Below are positions 43,361-54,044 of a stretch of DNA of 64,000 bases, one piece after another (the first letter of the stretch is position 1; the number at the start of each line of letters is the position of its first letter). Both the position numbers and the translations under genes were made by a program. Origin of the DNA: Candidatus Saccharimonadota bacterium (GTDB taxonomy: Bacteria > Patescibacteriota > Saccharimonadia > Saccharimonadales > JAXHMH01); NCBI GenBank assembly GCA_034521515.1, contig JAXHMH010000002.1, positions 24,379-88,378 of the forward strand, in the 5' to 3' direction. The notes under the pieces are model-generated. The model made no database searches and had not been told where the DNA came from. It saw only the letters and a list, made by a program, of their open reading frames with translations.

Positions 43361-45676
43361 ATGACTAAAAACCTGGTTATCGTCGAGTCCCCAGCTAAGG
43401 CCAAAACAATAGAAAAATACCTTGGTAAAGATTTCAGGGTATTATCTTCTGTTGGTCATATCCGTTCAATACCTAAAAAGGTTAAAGGCGGAGAAGAGCC
43501 CATTGATATAAACAATGGTTTCAAAACCCAGTACGAAGTAGACGCTGACAAGAAAAAGGTTATCACCCAGCTAAAAAAAGCTGTCAAAGAAGCCGACACT
43601 GTCTGGTTGGCGACTGATGAAGACCGCGAAGGGGAGGCAATAGCATGGCACTTGTGCGAAGTCTTAAAACTGGACCCAAAAACTACCAAGCGCATAGTTT
43701 TTCATGAAATAACCAAGCCAGCCATCGAGGAGGCAGTCAAAAATCCCCGTACAGTCGACATGAGCCTGGTGCAAGCACAACAGGCACGTCAGATATTAGA
43801 TCGTATTGTAGGGTTTGAATTGTCGCCGGTGGTCTGGCAAAAGGTACCTGGCGGTAAATCGGCTGGTCGTGTCCAGTCACCAGCTGTCAGGTTGTTAGTG
43901 GAGCGTGAACGAGAGATAGAGTCTTTTGAAGGATCGTTTTCTTTCAAGATAACCGCCGAATTTTCATCGGGTGATGACACTTTTAAGGCAGAATTACCTA
44001 AGCGATTTAATAGCGAGGGTGAAGCCAAGCAATTCTTAGAAAGCTTACTACGTGCATCGTTCAAAGTTAGCGATGTCAGCAAAACTCCAGCTACTCGTAA
44101 CTCCAGTGCGCCGTTTACAACCAGCACTTTGCAACAAGACGCCAACAGCAAACTCAACTTCGGTGCCAAGGCCACCATGGCTGCCGCTCAAAAACTATAT
44201 CAAGAAGGTAAAATCACCTATATGCGAACCGACTCGGTCAATCTGGGCGGCCAAGCGCTTTCACAAATAACTCATTATGTAACTAAGACTTACGGTGAAG
44301 AATATCATCAGATTCGCACCTACAAGACCAAATCATCTGGCGCTCAGGAGGCTCACGAAGCAATTCGCCCAACCGATATTAGCCTAGAGTCAGCCAGCGA
44401 TGACTCTTATGCACAGAAGCTTTACGACCTTATTCGCCGTCGCACGCTAGCCAGCCAAATGGCTCCAGCCAAGCTTGAAAAAACTGTCGTAACCATTGCA
44501 ATATCCAGTAGCAAGGAAGCTTTTGAGGCCAAGGGCGAAGTTATTGTTTTTGACGGCTTCTTGAAAGTATACGGCGGCAATAAAAAAGAAGATACCATAT
44601 TGCCATCTGTTAAGTCAGATGATGTGCTATCTCTTGATTCAGCAACTGCCAAACAAGTCTTTGCTCGACCACCAGCTAGGTACACCGAAGGTAGTTTGGT
44701 CAAAAAGCTAGAAGAACTTGGTATTGGCCGACCATCAACTTATGCAACTATTATCAACACCATACTGACGCGAGGTTACGCCGAAAAAGGCGAGACAGAG
44801 GGCGAACCAAGGGAAGTCATTGTTTTAAACCTGGCTAAAAACGACGTATCGAGGGAAGTCGTTGAAGAAAAGACCGGATCCGACAAGGGCAAGTTAGTGC
44901 CAACTACCAGTGGCCGCGTGTTAAGCGATTTTTTGCACAAACACTTTGACCAAATTGTCGATTATGGCTTTACGGCGGATGTTGAAGCCGATTTTGATAA
45001 AATCGCCACCGGCAAATTAGAGCGCAACAAAATGCTTGAGGAGTTTTATAAGCCATTCCATGAGCTTATAGAGCAATCTGGCGGTATTGATCGTGCCTCC
45101 GTTGCGCAGGCGAGGGAAGTCGGCATTGACCCTAAGACTGACAAGCCAGTGCTGGCTCGTTTGGGCAGATATGGTCCAATGTTGCAACTCGGCGCGACTG
45201 AGGATAAAACAGATAAGCCGCGCTTTGCCCCGATGCCAAAGGGTGCCAAAGTAGAGACCGTCACGCTTGAGCAAGCACTTAAAGCGTTTGAATTACCGCG
45301 CATTGTCGGTCAGACCGATGACGGTAAAGATATCAAAGCAAACATAGGTCGCTTCGGCCCGTATATCCAGGTAGATAAACTTTTTGTGAGCATTAAACCC
45401 CGCGATCCGCACACCATTACGCTCGATGAGGCCAAAGAACTCTACGCCGCCAAGCTTAAAGCCGAGGCAGAGAAGCACATTGCAGAATTTGGCGACATTA
45501 AGGTACTTAACGGCCGGTTTGGCCCATATGTGACCGATAGCAAAAAGAATGCCAAGATCCCCAAAGACACCGATCCTAAAAAACTAACAGAATCAGACGC
45601 CAAGAAACTGCTCGCTGAAGCCCCAGCCAAGAAACGCGGGGGCTTCAAGCGCCGCGCCACAAAGTCCAAGAAATAA
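43361..45676 (+). CDS. topA: DNA topoisomerase I
   Basis: MTKNLVIVESPAKAKTIEKYLG (TOPRIM)...LATDEDREGEAIAWH...ITYMRTDS (active-site Tyr)...basic tail; start moved to ATG 43361. Confidence 0.95.
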   Translation: MTKNLVIVESPAKAKTIEKYLGKDFRVLSSVGHIRSIPKKVKGGEEPIDINNGFKTQYEVDADKKKVITQLKKAVKEADTVWLATDEDREGEAIAWHLCEVLKLDPKTTKRIVFHEITKPAIEEAVKNPRTVDMSLVQAQQARQILDRIVGFELSPVVWQKVPGGKSAGRVQSPAVRLLVEREREIESFEGSFSFKITAEFSSGDDTFKAELPKRFNSEGEAKQFLESLLRASFKVSDVSKTPATRNSSAPFTTSTLQQDANSKLNFGAKATMAAAQKLYQEGKITYMRTDSVNLGGQALSQITHYVTKTYGEEYHQIRTYKTKSSGAQEAHEAIRPTDISLESASDDSYAQKLYDLIRRRTLASQMAPAKLEKTVVTIAISSSKEAFEAKGEVIVFDGFLKVYGGNKKEDTILPSVKSDDVLSLDSATAKQVFARPPARYTEGSLVKKLEELGIGRPSTYATIINTILTRGYAEKGETEGEPREVIVLNLAKNDVSREVVEEKTGSDKGKLVPTTSGRVLSDFLHKHFDQIVDYGFTADVEADFDKIATGKLERNKMLEEFYKPFHELIEQSGGIDRASVAQAREVGIDPKTDKPVLARLGRYGPMLQLGATEDKTDKPRFAPMPKGAKVETVTLEQALKAFELPRIVGQTDDGKDIKANIGRFGPYIQVDKLFVSIKPRDPHTITLDEAKELYAAKLKAEAEKHIAEFGDIKVLNGRFGPYVTDSKKNAKIPKDTDPKKLTESDAKKLLAEAPAKKRGGFKRRATKSKK

Positions 45677-45836
45677 ACAGCCTGGTGCGTGCACAAAAAA
45701 ACGTATACATATAAATAAAAATCTAGGTTTTCCACAATTTGGTATCTTGGCAATTTATTGCCTGATGATATTTCTACACCATAGTCTAAGTAAATATGTC
45801 TATTTTGTGCTACAATAGTTTTATACGACAAAGGTA

Positions 45837-45865
45837 TTGACTATTAGAACGTATTGTTTTAGAAT
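45837..45865 (+). promoter_or_regulatory. sigma70-like promoter candidate TTGACT-17-TAGAAT
   Basis: ttgact 45837-42, 17-nt spacer attagaacgtattgttt, tagaat 45860-65; 45 nt upstream of ATG 45911. Confidence 0.45.
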
Positions 45866-45910
45866 AATAGTTAAGAACAGTGTGAACAGTAAATATAAGG
45901 AACACAAATT

Positions 45911-46945
45911 ATGACTGAATCCAGTGGTACGCTAAATATCGAAAAAATCGTAAACGATATATTAGGCACTATAGACAGGGAGCGAGAACGCGAAATTATT
46001 TCTCGTAGATTTGGCCTGTTTGACCGTAAAGAAACCCTGGAACAAATTGGTGAACTACTTGGCATTACCCGAGAACGTGTCCGCCAGCTTGAAAAGGCAG
46101 TCATTGCGCGATTAAAATCTCAAGCAGAGCAGGGACAGTTACCACACATTAATGAGGTACAAGACAAATTCTTGACTGAATTACATGAGCTAGGGAAGAT
46201 CGCTCGAATTACGGATTTAAGTGCAAAGTTCCACAAAGATAACAGCAAAGAGAACCAATCAAAGATCGCTTTTTTGGCTCAGCTTTGCCCACGTCTAGCG
46301 GTTATTGAAGACAACGATCACTTCCACCACGCTGTTGGTATCAGGGAAGTTCACGACGAAAAAACCATAAAAGAACTTGTTTCTGGGGTTATTGAAACTG
46401 TAAAGAAGCTAGGTGAACCGGCCAGCGCCGAAGAAATCGCCAAGCATGCCGGACATGAAGACCACAAGCATACACAGGCACTTGCAAGTGCTAGCAAACA
46501 CCTTGCCACGCTAAACAACAGATGGGGCTTAATTAAGTGGCCCATGGTTAACCCAAAGAATATACGTGACAAAATATATGTCATCTTGCACGAGAGTGGT
46601 AAACATATGCACTTTAATGAGATAGCTGACACCATAAAGCAAAGCGAGTTTAAGCGCAAAGATGTAACAACACAAGCAATTCACAATGAGCTTATTAAAG
46701 ACAAACGATTTGTTTTAATTGGACGCGGTATTTACGCCTTAAAAGAATGGGGTTATGACCGTGGAACTGTAGCCGACGTGATCGCAGACATACTTAAGGA
46801 AAACGGCCAACCAATGCACCGTGATGAAATCGTCAAAGCAGTACTTAAGAGCCGCCAGGTTAAAGAAACTACTATTTTGCTAAACTTACAAGGCAAGCCG
46901 CAGTTTAAACGCGTTGCCAAAGCCACTTACAGCCTCGCCGAATAG
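45911..46945 (+). CDS. DNA-binding protein: sigma-70 region-4-like HTH followed by HARE-HTH-like winged-helix repeats
   Basis: REIISRRFGLFDRKETLEQIGELLGITRERVRQLEKAVIARL (region 4-like); C-terminal IYVILHESGKHMHFNEIADTI...RFVLIGRGIYALKEWGY and VIADILKENGQPMHRDEIVKAV... Confidence 0.65.
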   Translation: MTESSGTLNIEKIVNDILGTIDREREREIISRRFGLFDRKETLEQIGELLGITRERVRQLEKAVIARLKSQAEQGQLPHINEVQDKFLTELHELGKIARITDLSAKFHKDNSKENQSKIAFLAQLCPRLAVIEDNDHFHHAVGIREVHDEKTIKELVSGVIETVKKLGEPASAEEIAKHAGHEDHKHTQALASASKHLATLNNRWGLIKWPMVNPKNIRDKIYVILHESGKHMHFNEIADTIKQSEFKRKDVTTQAIHNELIKDKRFVLIGRGIYALKEWGYDRGTVADVIADILKENGQPMHRDEIVKAVLKSRQVKETTILLNLQGKPQFKRVAKATYSLAE

Positions 46946-47580
46946 ATAAGACCGATTACTTTATTGTACAAAATACGAACAAGCTAACATTGTTTAGTAC
47001 TAAATGTTACACATAGGCCAAACAAGGCAAAAGTAAATTAAACACTAAAAATTAAACCACACATAAGTCGGGTAGTGCATTTAAAAATAATAACGTACTA
47101 TAAGGCCAAGAATCATTTGAAAAAGGCCGGGAGACAACGAGCAAGTGCACCAAAACCGAACATTGACACGACGTCGCACAATGTATATTTTGCGACTCGC
47201 ATATCTGGTTTAAAGATGATTACAAATACCTCCCCGTGCAGGGGACTTTTGGCAGTCTGCGCCTAAAACTGCTTGCAAGTAACTGCCCGGTGTCTACTAT
47301 CTGCTACTTGTTGCTAATCCACCTATAGCCACCAACACGCCTCACATAAAACGTTATGATTTTTACACTCGCGGGACTTATCCACATCCGCTGGCCAGCG
47401 GATCGTGAAAACATTTGCTTTTACGACGTTTGATTGTAAAAATTTGCATTTGCCCTACTTTCCTGTTTTATATATATTTTTTTGACATTGCCCTACTTTT
47501 GTATGTTCGTATAGTTTTTTAGTAAATGTGAAATATTTCAAATCTGAACATTTTACGAACATTAGGGTAGAGTGGGGTTT

Positions 47581-48498
47581 TTACTTATAAAAAACTCGGC
47601 CTTCTACCCGTACGTCTATGTACTCACCTGGCTGAACGCCTTTTGCGTTAAGATCCTTTTTCGTCGCAATATATGCACCCACCTGCTCTCTTGCGTCATT
47701 TGCAGTATTGAATTTTAGGTAATATCCCTCCCCTTGCGGCCAAACGTGAAGTTCGTTAGCAATTACCGGAAGTACCAGTTGCTCAACCTTTATATTCGCT
47801 GACTCTAGTAATAACTTCGTTGATTTAATAAATGCCACCGTATCGCTAGGCAGAATCCAGTCACCCACTTTTGGCGTCAACCCAACTTCATCAATAATTT
47901 GCGGAACCATCGATTGCACATCATGCTCAACATCAGCAACATCGACAATCACACGACCGCGTGTGTCGACAACAACCGCGTTAACATCCGAAGTTAACAC
48001 AAAAGCTGGCGTTTTGGCTCTAATTTCAATAACTGGGCGGCGACTGGCGACCGGAACCGTAATTGCTATTTGATCAAGCTCCGGAAATTGCTGTAACAGC
48101 GAGCGTTCAATTGAACGAGTGTCAATTGTCAATTTAAATCTATGCAGTACATTTGCTTTTAGAGCGTCTCTTGCTGCCTCTTGATATATCTCCTCTGATT
48201 GTAATATTGAAAGAGACTCATCTGGTTGTTCTACCGTAACGATCCGCGGAGATATGTCCAAACTAAGTATATAAAAAATACAACCGATTATAATCAATAT
48301 GGCTATAAACCCTGGTAATTTGTGCCAGCCCGTGACATCAGTCTTACTGTTTGGCTCTCCGCGCCGGCGAGCTGTCGAGTCACGAACGTCATACCGGCGG
48401 TTTGCGTAGTATGAGTACATAGGAGCGCGGCCTGGGGATTTGGTGTTATGCTTGTCGTCGTTGGACTTTCGAAGAAGCCTGCGAAGTAAATTTCTCAT
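47581..48498 (-). CDS. ftsQ: cell division protein FtsQ/DivIB-like (TM + POTRA)
   Basis: Basic N-terminus, TM FIAILIIIGCIFYIL, POTRA-like segment, C-terminal ...EYIDVRVEGRVFYK; last gene of the dcw cluster. Confidence 0.7.
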   Translation of the reverse strand: MRNLLRRLLRKSNDDKHNTKSPGRAPMYSYYANRRYDVRDSTARRRGEPNSKTDVTGWHKLPGFIAILIIIGCIFYILSLDISPRIVTVEQPDESLSILQSEEIYQEAARDALKANVLHRFKLTIDTRSIERSLLQQFPELDQIAITVPVASRRPVIEIRAKTPAFVLTSDVNAVVVDTRGRVIVDVADVEHDVQSMVPQIIDEVGLTPKVGDWILPSDTVAFIKSTKLLLESANIKVEQLVLPVIANELHVWPQGEGYYLKFNTANDAREQVGAYIATKKDLNAKGVQPGEYIDVRVEGRVFYK

Positions 48499-49634
48499 GT
48501 ATTAAACTCGAGCAATAGTTTTGCGATATTTTTTGCAGCGTTAGACTTTGTAGTTTTTCTAAAATTATCGACTAGCCGCTTACGAGCTGTGTCATCATCA
48601 AGCAAGCTCGTTAAAGTCGTCTTTAGCAAATCCGATTGCTTCGCTAGCTCCACCTCATCCAGCGCAAGCACGGCTCCTAGCTTCTCAAGGTGCTGAGTAT
48701 TCTTGACTTGGTGACCAGACGCTAAATGCGGAGCCGGAATAACCACGCACGGTTTACCCTGCACCGCAAATTCAGCTAAACTCGTTGCACTGCCCCGGCA
48801 CACAATCACATCAGCTGCAGCACTATATTTATGTAGATCATCAATAAACTCCATTACAATACAACGCTCTTTAAACTCCTGATAAGAGACGTTCCCACGA
48901 CGACCTGTTTGATGCACTATGTATAGATTTGACCGTTGTCTTAATAGGTCAAGAAGTACAGGAGAAACCAGGTGGTTCATGCGTTGCGCACCCTGGCTTC
49001 CACCGGTCACCAAAACAACTTTCGCGTTATGCGGGATTGTTAATTCTTTACGATACTGAGCCTTTGTTTTTTCATCGACAGATCTAAAATTATCTGACAA
49101 TGGTATCCCCACATGCCGCACAAGCGATTGTTTATAAGGGTAAAACGATGCTGGCATTGCTGTAGCATGATATCGTGCCCAGCGACCAACAATACGATTA
49201 GCTAAACCAGGTGTCGTGTCGGAGTCGTGAGTTATGAACGGTATGCGCAAGATACGCGCCGCTACACCAACCGGCACGCCCACAAATCCACCCTTTATGA
49301 ATATCACATCCGGTCTATTTTTAATAAGTAAAGCGACCGATTGAACTGTACCGATACAAAGATAGATGATGTCTCGTAAGTTAAGAAGGTTTGTTTTAAC
49401 ATCGACTAACTTTTTTATCCAACTTTCATTGTGGTAACGCCGAAATTTACCGGCAAAAATCAACTTGAAGCTATCGATATCTGGCTTATTTTGAATAAGA
49501 TGAACAAATTTACCACGCCGTTCACCGACATACATAATCTCTGCGGGTGCAGACGACTGTTTAAGCTCGTGCGCGACGGCCAGAAGGGGCGTAATGTGCC
49601 CGCCTGTTCCGCCTCCAGTCAAAAGTACTTTCAT
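48495..49634 (-). CDS. murG: UDP-N-acetylglucosamine--LPS/lipid I N-acetylglucosamine transferase MurG
   Basis: MKVLLTGGGTGGHITPLLAVAHEL...VTGGSQGA...; start at ATG 49634 (alternative 49649). Confidence 0.9.
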   Translation of the reverse strand: MKVLLTGGGTGGHITPLLAVAHELKQSSAPAEIMYVGERRGKFVHLIQNKPDIDSFKLIFAGKFRRYHNESWIKKLVDVKTNLLNLRDIIYLCIGTVQSVALLIKNRPDVIFIKGGFVGVPVGVAARILRIPFITHDSDTTPGLANRIVGRWARYHATAMPASFYPYKQSLVRHVGIPLSDNFRSVDEKTKAQYRKELTIPHNAKVVLVTGGSQGAQRMNHLVSPVLLDLLRQRSNLYIVHQTGRRGNVSYQEFKERCIVMEFIDDLHKYSAAADVIVCRGSATSLAEFAVQGKPCVVIPAPHLASGHQVKNTQHLEKLGAVLALDEVELAKQSDLLKTTLTSLLDDDTARKRLVDNFRKTTKSNAAKNIAKLLLEFNT

Positions 49635-50817
49635 TACCCTTCCCTTCACTTAAAGCCAAGTTATTCACGCCGTATGTCGTGTATCGTGATACATTAAACA
49701 CAATACCTATCGTGGCCGTTACAAAGATTATACTGGTACCACCATAACTAATAAACGGCAACGTAATACCTTTTAGCGGCAGTACACCAAGCATGGCTCC
49801 TATATTGATTAACGCTTGGGTGCTGAGCCATGCCAGAACACCCACTATAAGTAGTCTACTATGAACATCCGGGGCTCTTTCCATGATGTGCCGCATCCTG
49901 GCGAACAGTGCCACGAACAATCCAATCAACACCACTGAACCTACAAACCCAAACATCTCTGCGAAAATAGCAAATATTGAATCGTTAGCCGATTCGGGCA
50001 GGTACCCATACGCTTGTACGCTACCACCAACGTTCTGACCAAACATTCCACCGGAACCGATTGCAATTAGCGCCTGGCATGCCTGGTAACCGGCTGACTG
50101 ACAATCGCTCTCAGGCTGTAAAAATGTCATAAATCTATCTCGCCTATAGCCCGTACTAGATATCGCCAGCACCGTACCGATCGCCAAAATACCGATTACC
50201 ATCAATATTCTCTTCATGGGTAGCCCCGCAACAAAACACATGGCGAGGAACATAGCTGCCAAAACCCCAACCGAACCTAGGTCGCTTTGAAATACCGCCA
50301 CGACAATACTTACTCCAGCGAGCGCGATCAAAATAGGCTTAAATGTTTTATCGAAACTTTGCAAGTTATTCTCTTTAACCCTATTGGCAAGAAACCCTGC
50401 CAACCAGATAAGTACTGCAAATTTAATAAGCTCAACCGCCTGAAACGACAATCCGCCTATTTGAACCCACCGGGTCGCCCCGTTAACCTCTTGGCCAAAA
50501 ATATGTACAGCTACCGCTACTAATGACGCAGCGATAATGAGCGGTATTTTAAGCTGCTTAATATGGTGCATTTTTAAGTTAGCGGCTATGAGAAACGTTA
50601 CAATGCCAAGCCCAATAGCCGTAAACTGCTTGCTAACATAATAATTTTCACTAACGTTTTGCTGCTCACTCAACCCCGGGCTTATGGCGTATACAACGAT
50701 AAGTCCAATAGCTAGCAACACGGTGCTCAGCAGTACGAGTAAGTAATCTGGTTTATGTTTCCGCTGTTGTAAGCGGTGTAGCATTGCCGGCCGGCGAGAT
50801 GCTGAAGAAAGAGCCAT
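49561..50817 (-). CDS. ftsW: SEDS-family lipid II flippase/peptidoglycan polymerase FtsW
   Basis: About 10 TM helices, ...GATRWVQIGGLSFQAVELIKFAVL..., ...LPLKGITLPFISYGGTS; start at ATG 50817 (TAATG with the mraY stop); 3' end overlaps the murG start by at least 74 nt. Confidence 0.9.
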   Translation of the reverse strand: MALSSASRRPAMLHRLQQRKHKPDYLLVLLSTVLLAIGLIVVYAISPGLSEQQNVSENYYVSKQFTAIGLGIVTFLIAANLKMHHIKQLKIPLIIAASLVAVAVHIFGQEVNGATRWVQIGGLSFQAVELIKFAVLIWLAGFLANRVKENNLQSFDKTFKPILIALAGVSIVVAVFQSDLGSVGVLAAMFLAMCFVAGLPMKRILMVIGILAIGTVLAISSTGYRRDRFMTFLQPESDCQSAGYQACQALIAIGSGGMFGQNVGGSVQAYGYLPESANDSIFAIFAEMFGFVGSVVLIGLFVALFARMRHIMERAPDVHSRLLIVGVLAWLSTQALINIGAMLGVLPLKGITLPFISYGGTSIIFVTATIGIVFNVSRYTTYGVNNLALSEGKGNESTFDWRRNRRAHYAPSGRRARA

Positions 50818-51857
50818 TACAAGCCTCCTACAACAAACAGAATAAGTCCTATAACAGCCGCCACTTGGCCAAGTATCCAAAACCGCATGGTAATTTTGGT
50901 TTCAGGCCAGCCGCTGGCCTCAAAGTGATGATGAATTGGTGACGATTTAAACACTTTTTTACCATTGCGGATTTTTCTAGATAGTCGATTTATAATCACT
51001 GACCCCGTCTCGGCAACATACACTGCACCGATGACCGGCAAGATAAAAATAGTATCCGTTTGCATTGCGATGATACCTAGTGCCGTACCAAGCGCAAACG
51101 AGCCAACATCACCCATAAAAAACCGTGCTGGATAGATATTAAACCAAGTATAGCTCAGCAATGCTCCGACGATGGTTAGACAAAAACCAGCCAATGCATA
51201 TTGACCTTGCATGAAACATATCAGTGTATACGCAGCGAAAGAAGACACCAGAAGTCCGCCGGCAAGTCCATCAAGTCCATCTGTTATATTAACCGCGTTG
51301 GCTGTCGCCACGACAATAAACCAAAACAACGCAATTACCAAAAAACCTACCTGTAACTCACCGATAACTGGCACCGAGATGCTTGAGACGTCAAGCCTCG
51401 CGAAGAACCACCAACCACCGATTAGTGCAACTGCACTATGCAGCGCAAACTTAATTTTTGACCGCATACCGGCAATTCCTAATCCTTGTCCGCGTATATT
51501 GATATAGTCATCGATTAAGCCGATAATACCGGCACCAACCATACCGGCTAAAGGTAACCAGGTTTGACCTCTGTCAAGATTAAATAGTAACGTCACTACA
51601 GAAACTGAAACGACAAATATGACCCCTGCCATGGTTGGAATATTTCGTTTGTGTTTGGCAGCATGCAATTTCTGATATACCTTGGCTAATCCGCCGGACC
51701 ATGCGTCCGAACGCTGCCTTTTCCACCATTGGTATTTATAAGCCGCAGTGGTATATATCGGGGTTATTGCCATACTTACCATAAAGCTCAACGCCGCCAA
51801 TGCCAGTATTCTAATGACGGTACTTGTTTGTATGCTAACTGTTAGTATTTCTGTCAT
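50817..51857 (-). CDS. mraY: phospho-N-acetylmuramoyl-pentapeptide transferase
   Basis: ...KHKRNIPTMAG..., NAVNITDGLDGLAGG, ...MGDVGSFALG..., SSPIHHHFE. Confidence 0.95.
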   Translation of the reverse strand: MTEILTVSIQTSTVIRILALAALSFMVSMAITPIYTTAAYKYQWWKRQRSDAWSGGLAKVYQKLHAAKHKRNIPTMAGVIFVVSVSVVTLLFNLDRGQTWLPLAGMVGAGIIGLIDDYINIRGQGLGIAGMRSKIKFALHSAVALIGGWWFFARLDVSSISVPVIGELQVGFLVIALFWFIVVATANAVNITDGLDGLAGGLLVSSFAAYTLICFMQGQYALAGFCLTIVGALLSYTWFNIYPARFFMGDVGSFALGTALGIIAMQTDTIFILPVIGAVYVAETGSVIINRLSRKIRNGKKVFKSSPIHHHFEASGWPETKITMRFWILGQVAAVIGLILFVVGGL

Positions 51858-51879
51858 GATAAACTTCCCTACAATTATC

Positions 51880-53673
51880 TCATTTCTTCGGTGTTACACC
51901 AAAATTATCTATCAGTACATTAACGATATCGGTAAATACCGGACCGGCACCGGTAGAACCGGCGTATCCGCCAATTTGTGGGTCATTAACGCGTGCCACG
52001 ATAATGTATTCGGGATTATCTCCGCCGACAAACCCCATAAACATACCGTTAAATTTGTCTTCGTAATACCCACCCTCTGGCTTTGGTACCTGAGCAGTCC
52101 CAGTTTTGCCACCAATACTATACTTGGGCCGAAGTGAATCCATCCCATAAGTACGGTGGTTCGTCTGGAACACATACTCCATAAGCTCTTTTACATTTTT
52201 ACTTGTTTGCCGAGAAACAACTTCCTTATTTACTGCTTGCGGTCTGCGATCGTGCACTCCGCCGTCCTGAGAAATCACACTTTCTACTAGATAAGGATGG
52301 TAGCGAGTACCCCCGTTTACCACACTGGCAAGAGCAGCACCCATTTGTAACGGGGTTGCGGTCATACCCTGCCCAAACGCCGTGTTTGCGAACTGAATAT
52401 TCAACCCAAATCCGTCAACTGGATCAGGGATCGAACCGGCTGACTCATAACCCTGTTCAATCCCGGTATACTGACCAAAATAATAATGGTCTGTCATATA
52501 ATTGTGCCATGTTGTGCGAGCTTGTTTATTTATTTCACCACCGCCTAATTGCTTGAGCATCCAAGTAGCACCAGTATTTAAAGATAATTGGAGAATATCT
52601 TTTATAGAACGAGTTCCCGCTCCGCCGGATTCTTCCACATTTGTAATCGTAGCTCCGTCAACCTCTATAAATCCGGAATCATAATAGGTAGAGTCCCGTT
52701 GAATTACCCCTTCATTAAGTGCCGCCGCTACGGTCAACGGTTTCATTATCGAACCAACTTCTAAGGCGCCGCTTACAATATTGTTTTCAAATACACCAAT
52801 ATCATCGCTGCTTACTTTTGAGAATTTGGCCGGATCATATGTCGGATAATTAGCCATTGCTTTAATGGCACCAGTGTCCGCTTCCAAAACAACAACACCA
52901 CCCGAAGATGATTTGGCTCGCTTTAAGTTAGCTCTGAGTATATCTTCGACATGTTTTTGCATTCCAATGTCCAAAGATGTCACGACTCGCTGACCATTCT
53001 GCGGTTCAATCAACGTGTTTTCGCGATTTGCCGGCAATGGCACACCTTGGGCATCAGTTATTGCTCGTAACATTCCAGGTGTACCGCTCAGCTCTTCGTT
53101 TAACGCCTGTTCCACCCCATATACGCCTTCGCCCTCATCGTTCACAAAACCAAGTGACTGCGAAGCAAGTTTGCCCTGCGGGTAGGTTCTATATACCGCA
53201 TCCCGTAGACCTATACCTTTTAGATCTAGTGACTCAATGGTCTTCTTGGTATCTTTATCTAGTTTTTTGGCTAGTATGACGTAGCGGCTATCTGCGGTCA
53301 TTTTTTGTTTGTACTCGTTGGCATCGCCTCCGATAATTTCCTGTATTTCGATTGCCGCTTGATCATGATCTTCAATAAATGCAGGGTCAGCGAACAATGT
53401 GTATTTTGTCTCGTTCAAAACAATCGGAACCCGCTCACCATTACTATATGCTTCTATAACCCCCCGCTCAGCTGGAATCTCATACTCTCTCAGCTGTCCA
53501 TGCTGTGCAGCAGTTTTATAATGATCATGTTGAATAATTTGAATATAAAACAACCGGACTACCAGTAACCCAAAGACAAGCAATAACAGCACATACCAAA
53601 CCCGGATGCGTTGTACTGGTTCTAGTAACTGCTTTATTGACGGTTGCATACGACCCCTTTTACGGTTTATCAC
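51880..53673 (-). CDS. ftsI: class B penicillin-binding protein (FtsI-type transpeptidase)
   Basis: N-terminal TM, dimerisation domain, SxxK as GSIMKP, KTG as GGKTGTAQ. Confidence 0.9.
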   Translation of the reverse strand: MINRKRGRMQPSIKQLLEPVQRIRVWYVLLLLVFGLLVVRLFYIQIIQHDHYKTAAQHGQLREYEIPAERGVIEAYSNGERVPIVLNETKYTLFADPAFIEDHDQAAIEIQEIIGGDANEYKQKMTADSRYVILAKKLDKDTKKTIESLDLKGIGLRDAVYRTYPQGKLASQSLGFVNDEGEGVYGVEQALNEELSGTPGMLRAITDAQGVPLPANRENTLIEPQNGQRVVTSLDIGMQKHVEDILRANLKRAKSSSGGVVVLEADTGAIKAMANYPTYDPAKFSKVSSDDIGVFENNIVSGALEVGSIMKPLTVAAALNEGVIQRDSTYYDSGFIEVDGATITNVEESGGAGTRSIKDILQLSLNTGATWMLKQLGGGEINKQARTTWHNYMTDHYYFGQYTGIEQGYESAGSIPDPVDGFGLNIQFANTAFGQGMTATPLQMGAALASVVNGGTRYHPYLVESVISQDGGVHDRRPQAVNKEVVSRQTSKNVKELMEYVFQTNHRTYGMDSLRPKYSIGGKTGTAQVPKPEGGYYEDKFNGMFMGFVGGDNPEYIIVARVNDPQIGGYAGSTGAGPVFTDIVNVLIDNFGVTPKK

Positions 53674-54044
53674 TGGAGGGTGTCACGTGGAGCGACCGAA
53701 ACAAGACTCTTGGCAACGTCACTTTCTTGGACGCGCTCTAGAGCTTGCAAGCGAGCCGAAGCAACACTAAGCTCTTCGTGCTCAACCTGAAGTGTCGCCT
53801 GTTCTTGTTGCAATTCGTTTATCTGATACCCAAACGCATTTGTTTTGGTAACTTGGGTAAGATAAAGCAGGCCTAACAAGCAAGCAAGCACAACTAATAT
53901 AATCGTGTTACTGACGGGGCCTATTGTGGCTACTTTCGGTCTAAAACTTGTTGCGTTTTGGTTACGGCTGCCGTAGCGTTGCCGCCCCATTGCAAGAGAA
54001 TTTGAATATGTCATATTTTTGTACTTTTTATTTTTGCCTGCCAC
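53670..54044 (-). CDS. ftsL: FtsL-like cell division protein
   Basis: Position between rsmH and ftsI; single TM IILVVLACLLGLLYL followed by a coiled coil. Confidence 0.6.
   Translation of the reverse strand: MAGKNKKYKNMTYSNSLAMGRQRYGSRNQNATSFRPKVATIGPVSNTIILVVLACLLGLLYLTQVTKTNAFGYQINELQQEQATLQVEHEELSVASARLQALERVQESDVAKSLVSVAPRDTLQ

Noticed and set aside
45843-45859. GAACGTATTGTTT in the promoter spacer upstream of 45911 as a LexA (Cheo-box GAAC-N4-GTTC) site
   Set aside because: The second half-site is TGTT rather than GTTC, so only one half matches. No similar site lies upstream of the Y-family polymerase, and the lexA status of the genome is unknown.
47378-47386. Perfect DnaA boxes TTATCCACA (47378-47386 and 56082-56090, plus near-matches at 56122-56133 and the TTACCCAC repeats) as oriC
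   Set aside because: About 0.5 perfect 9-mers are expected by chance on two strands of 64 kb, so two is not significant. No cluster of boxes sits next to an AT-rich unwinding element, and no dnaA or dnaN lies nearby. The TTACCCAC repeats are better explained as the MraZ operator (10-bp-phased TGGGT directly upstream of mraZ).
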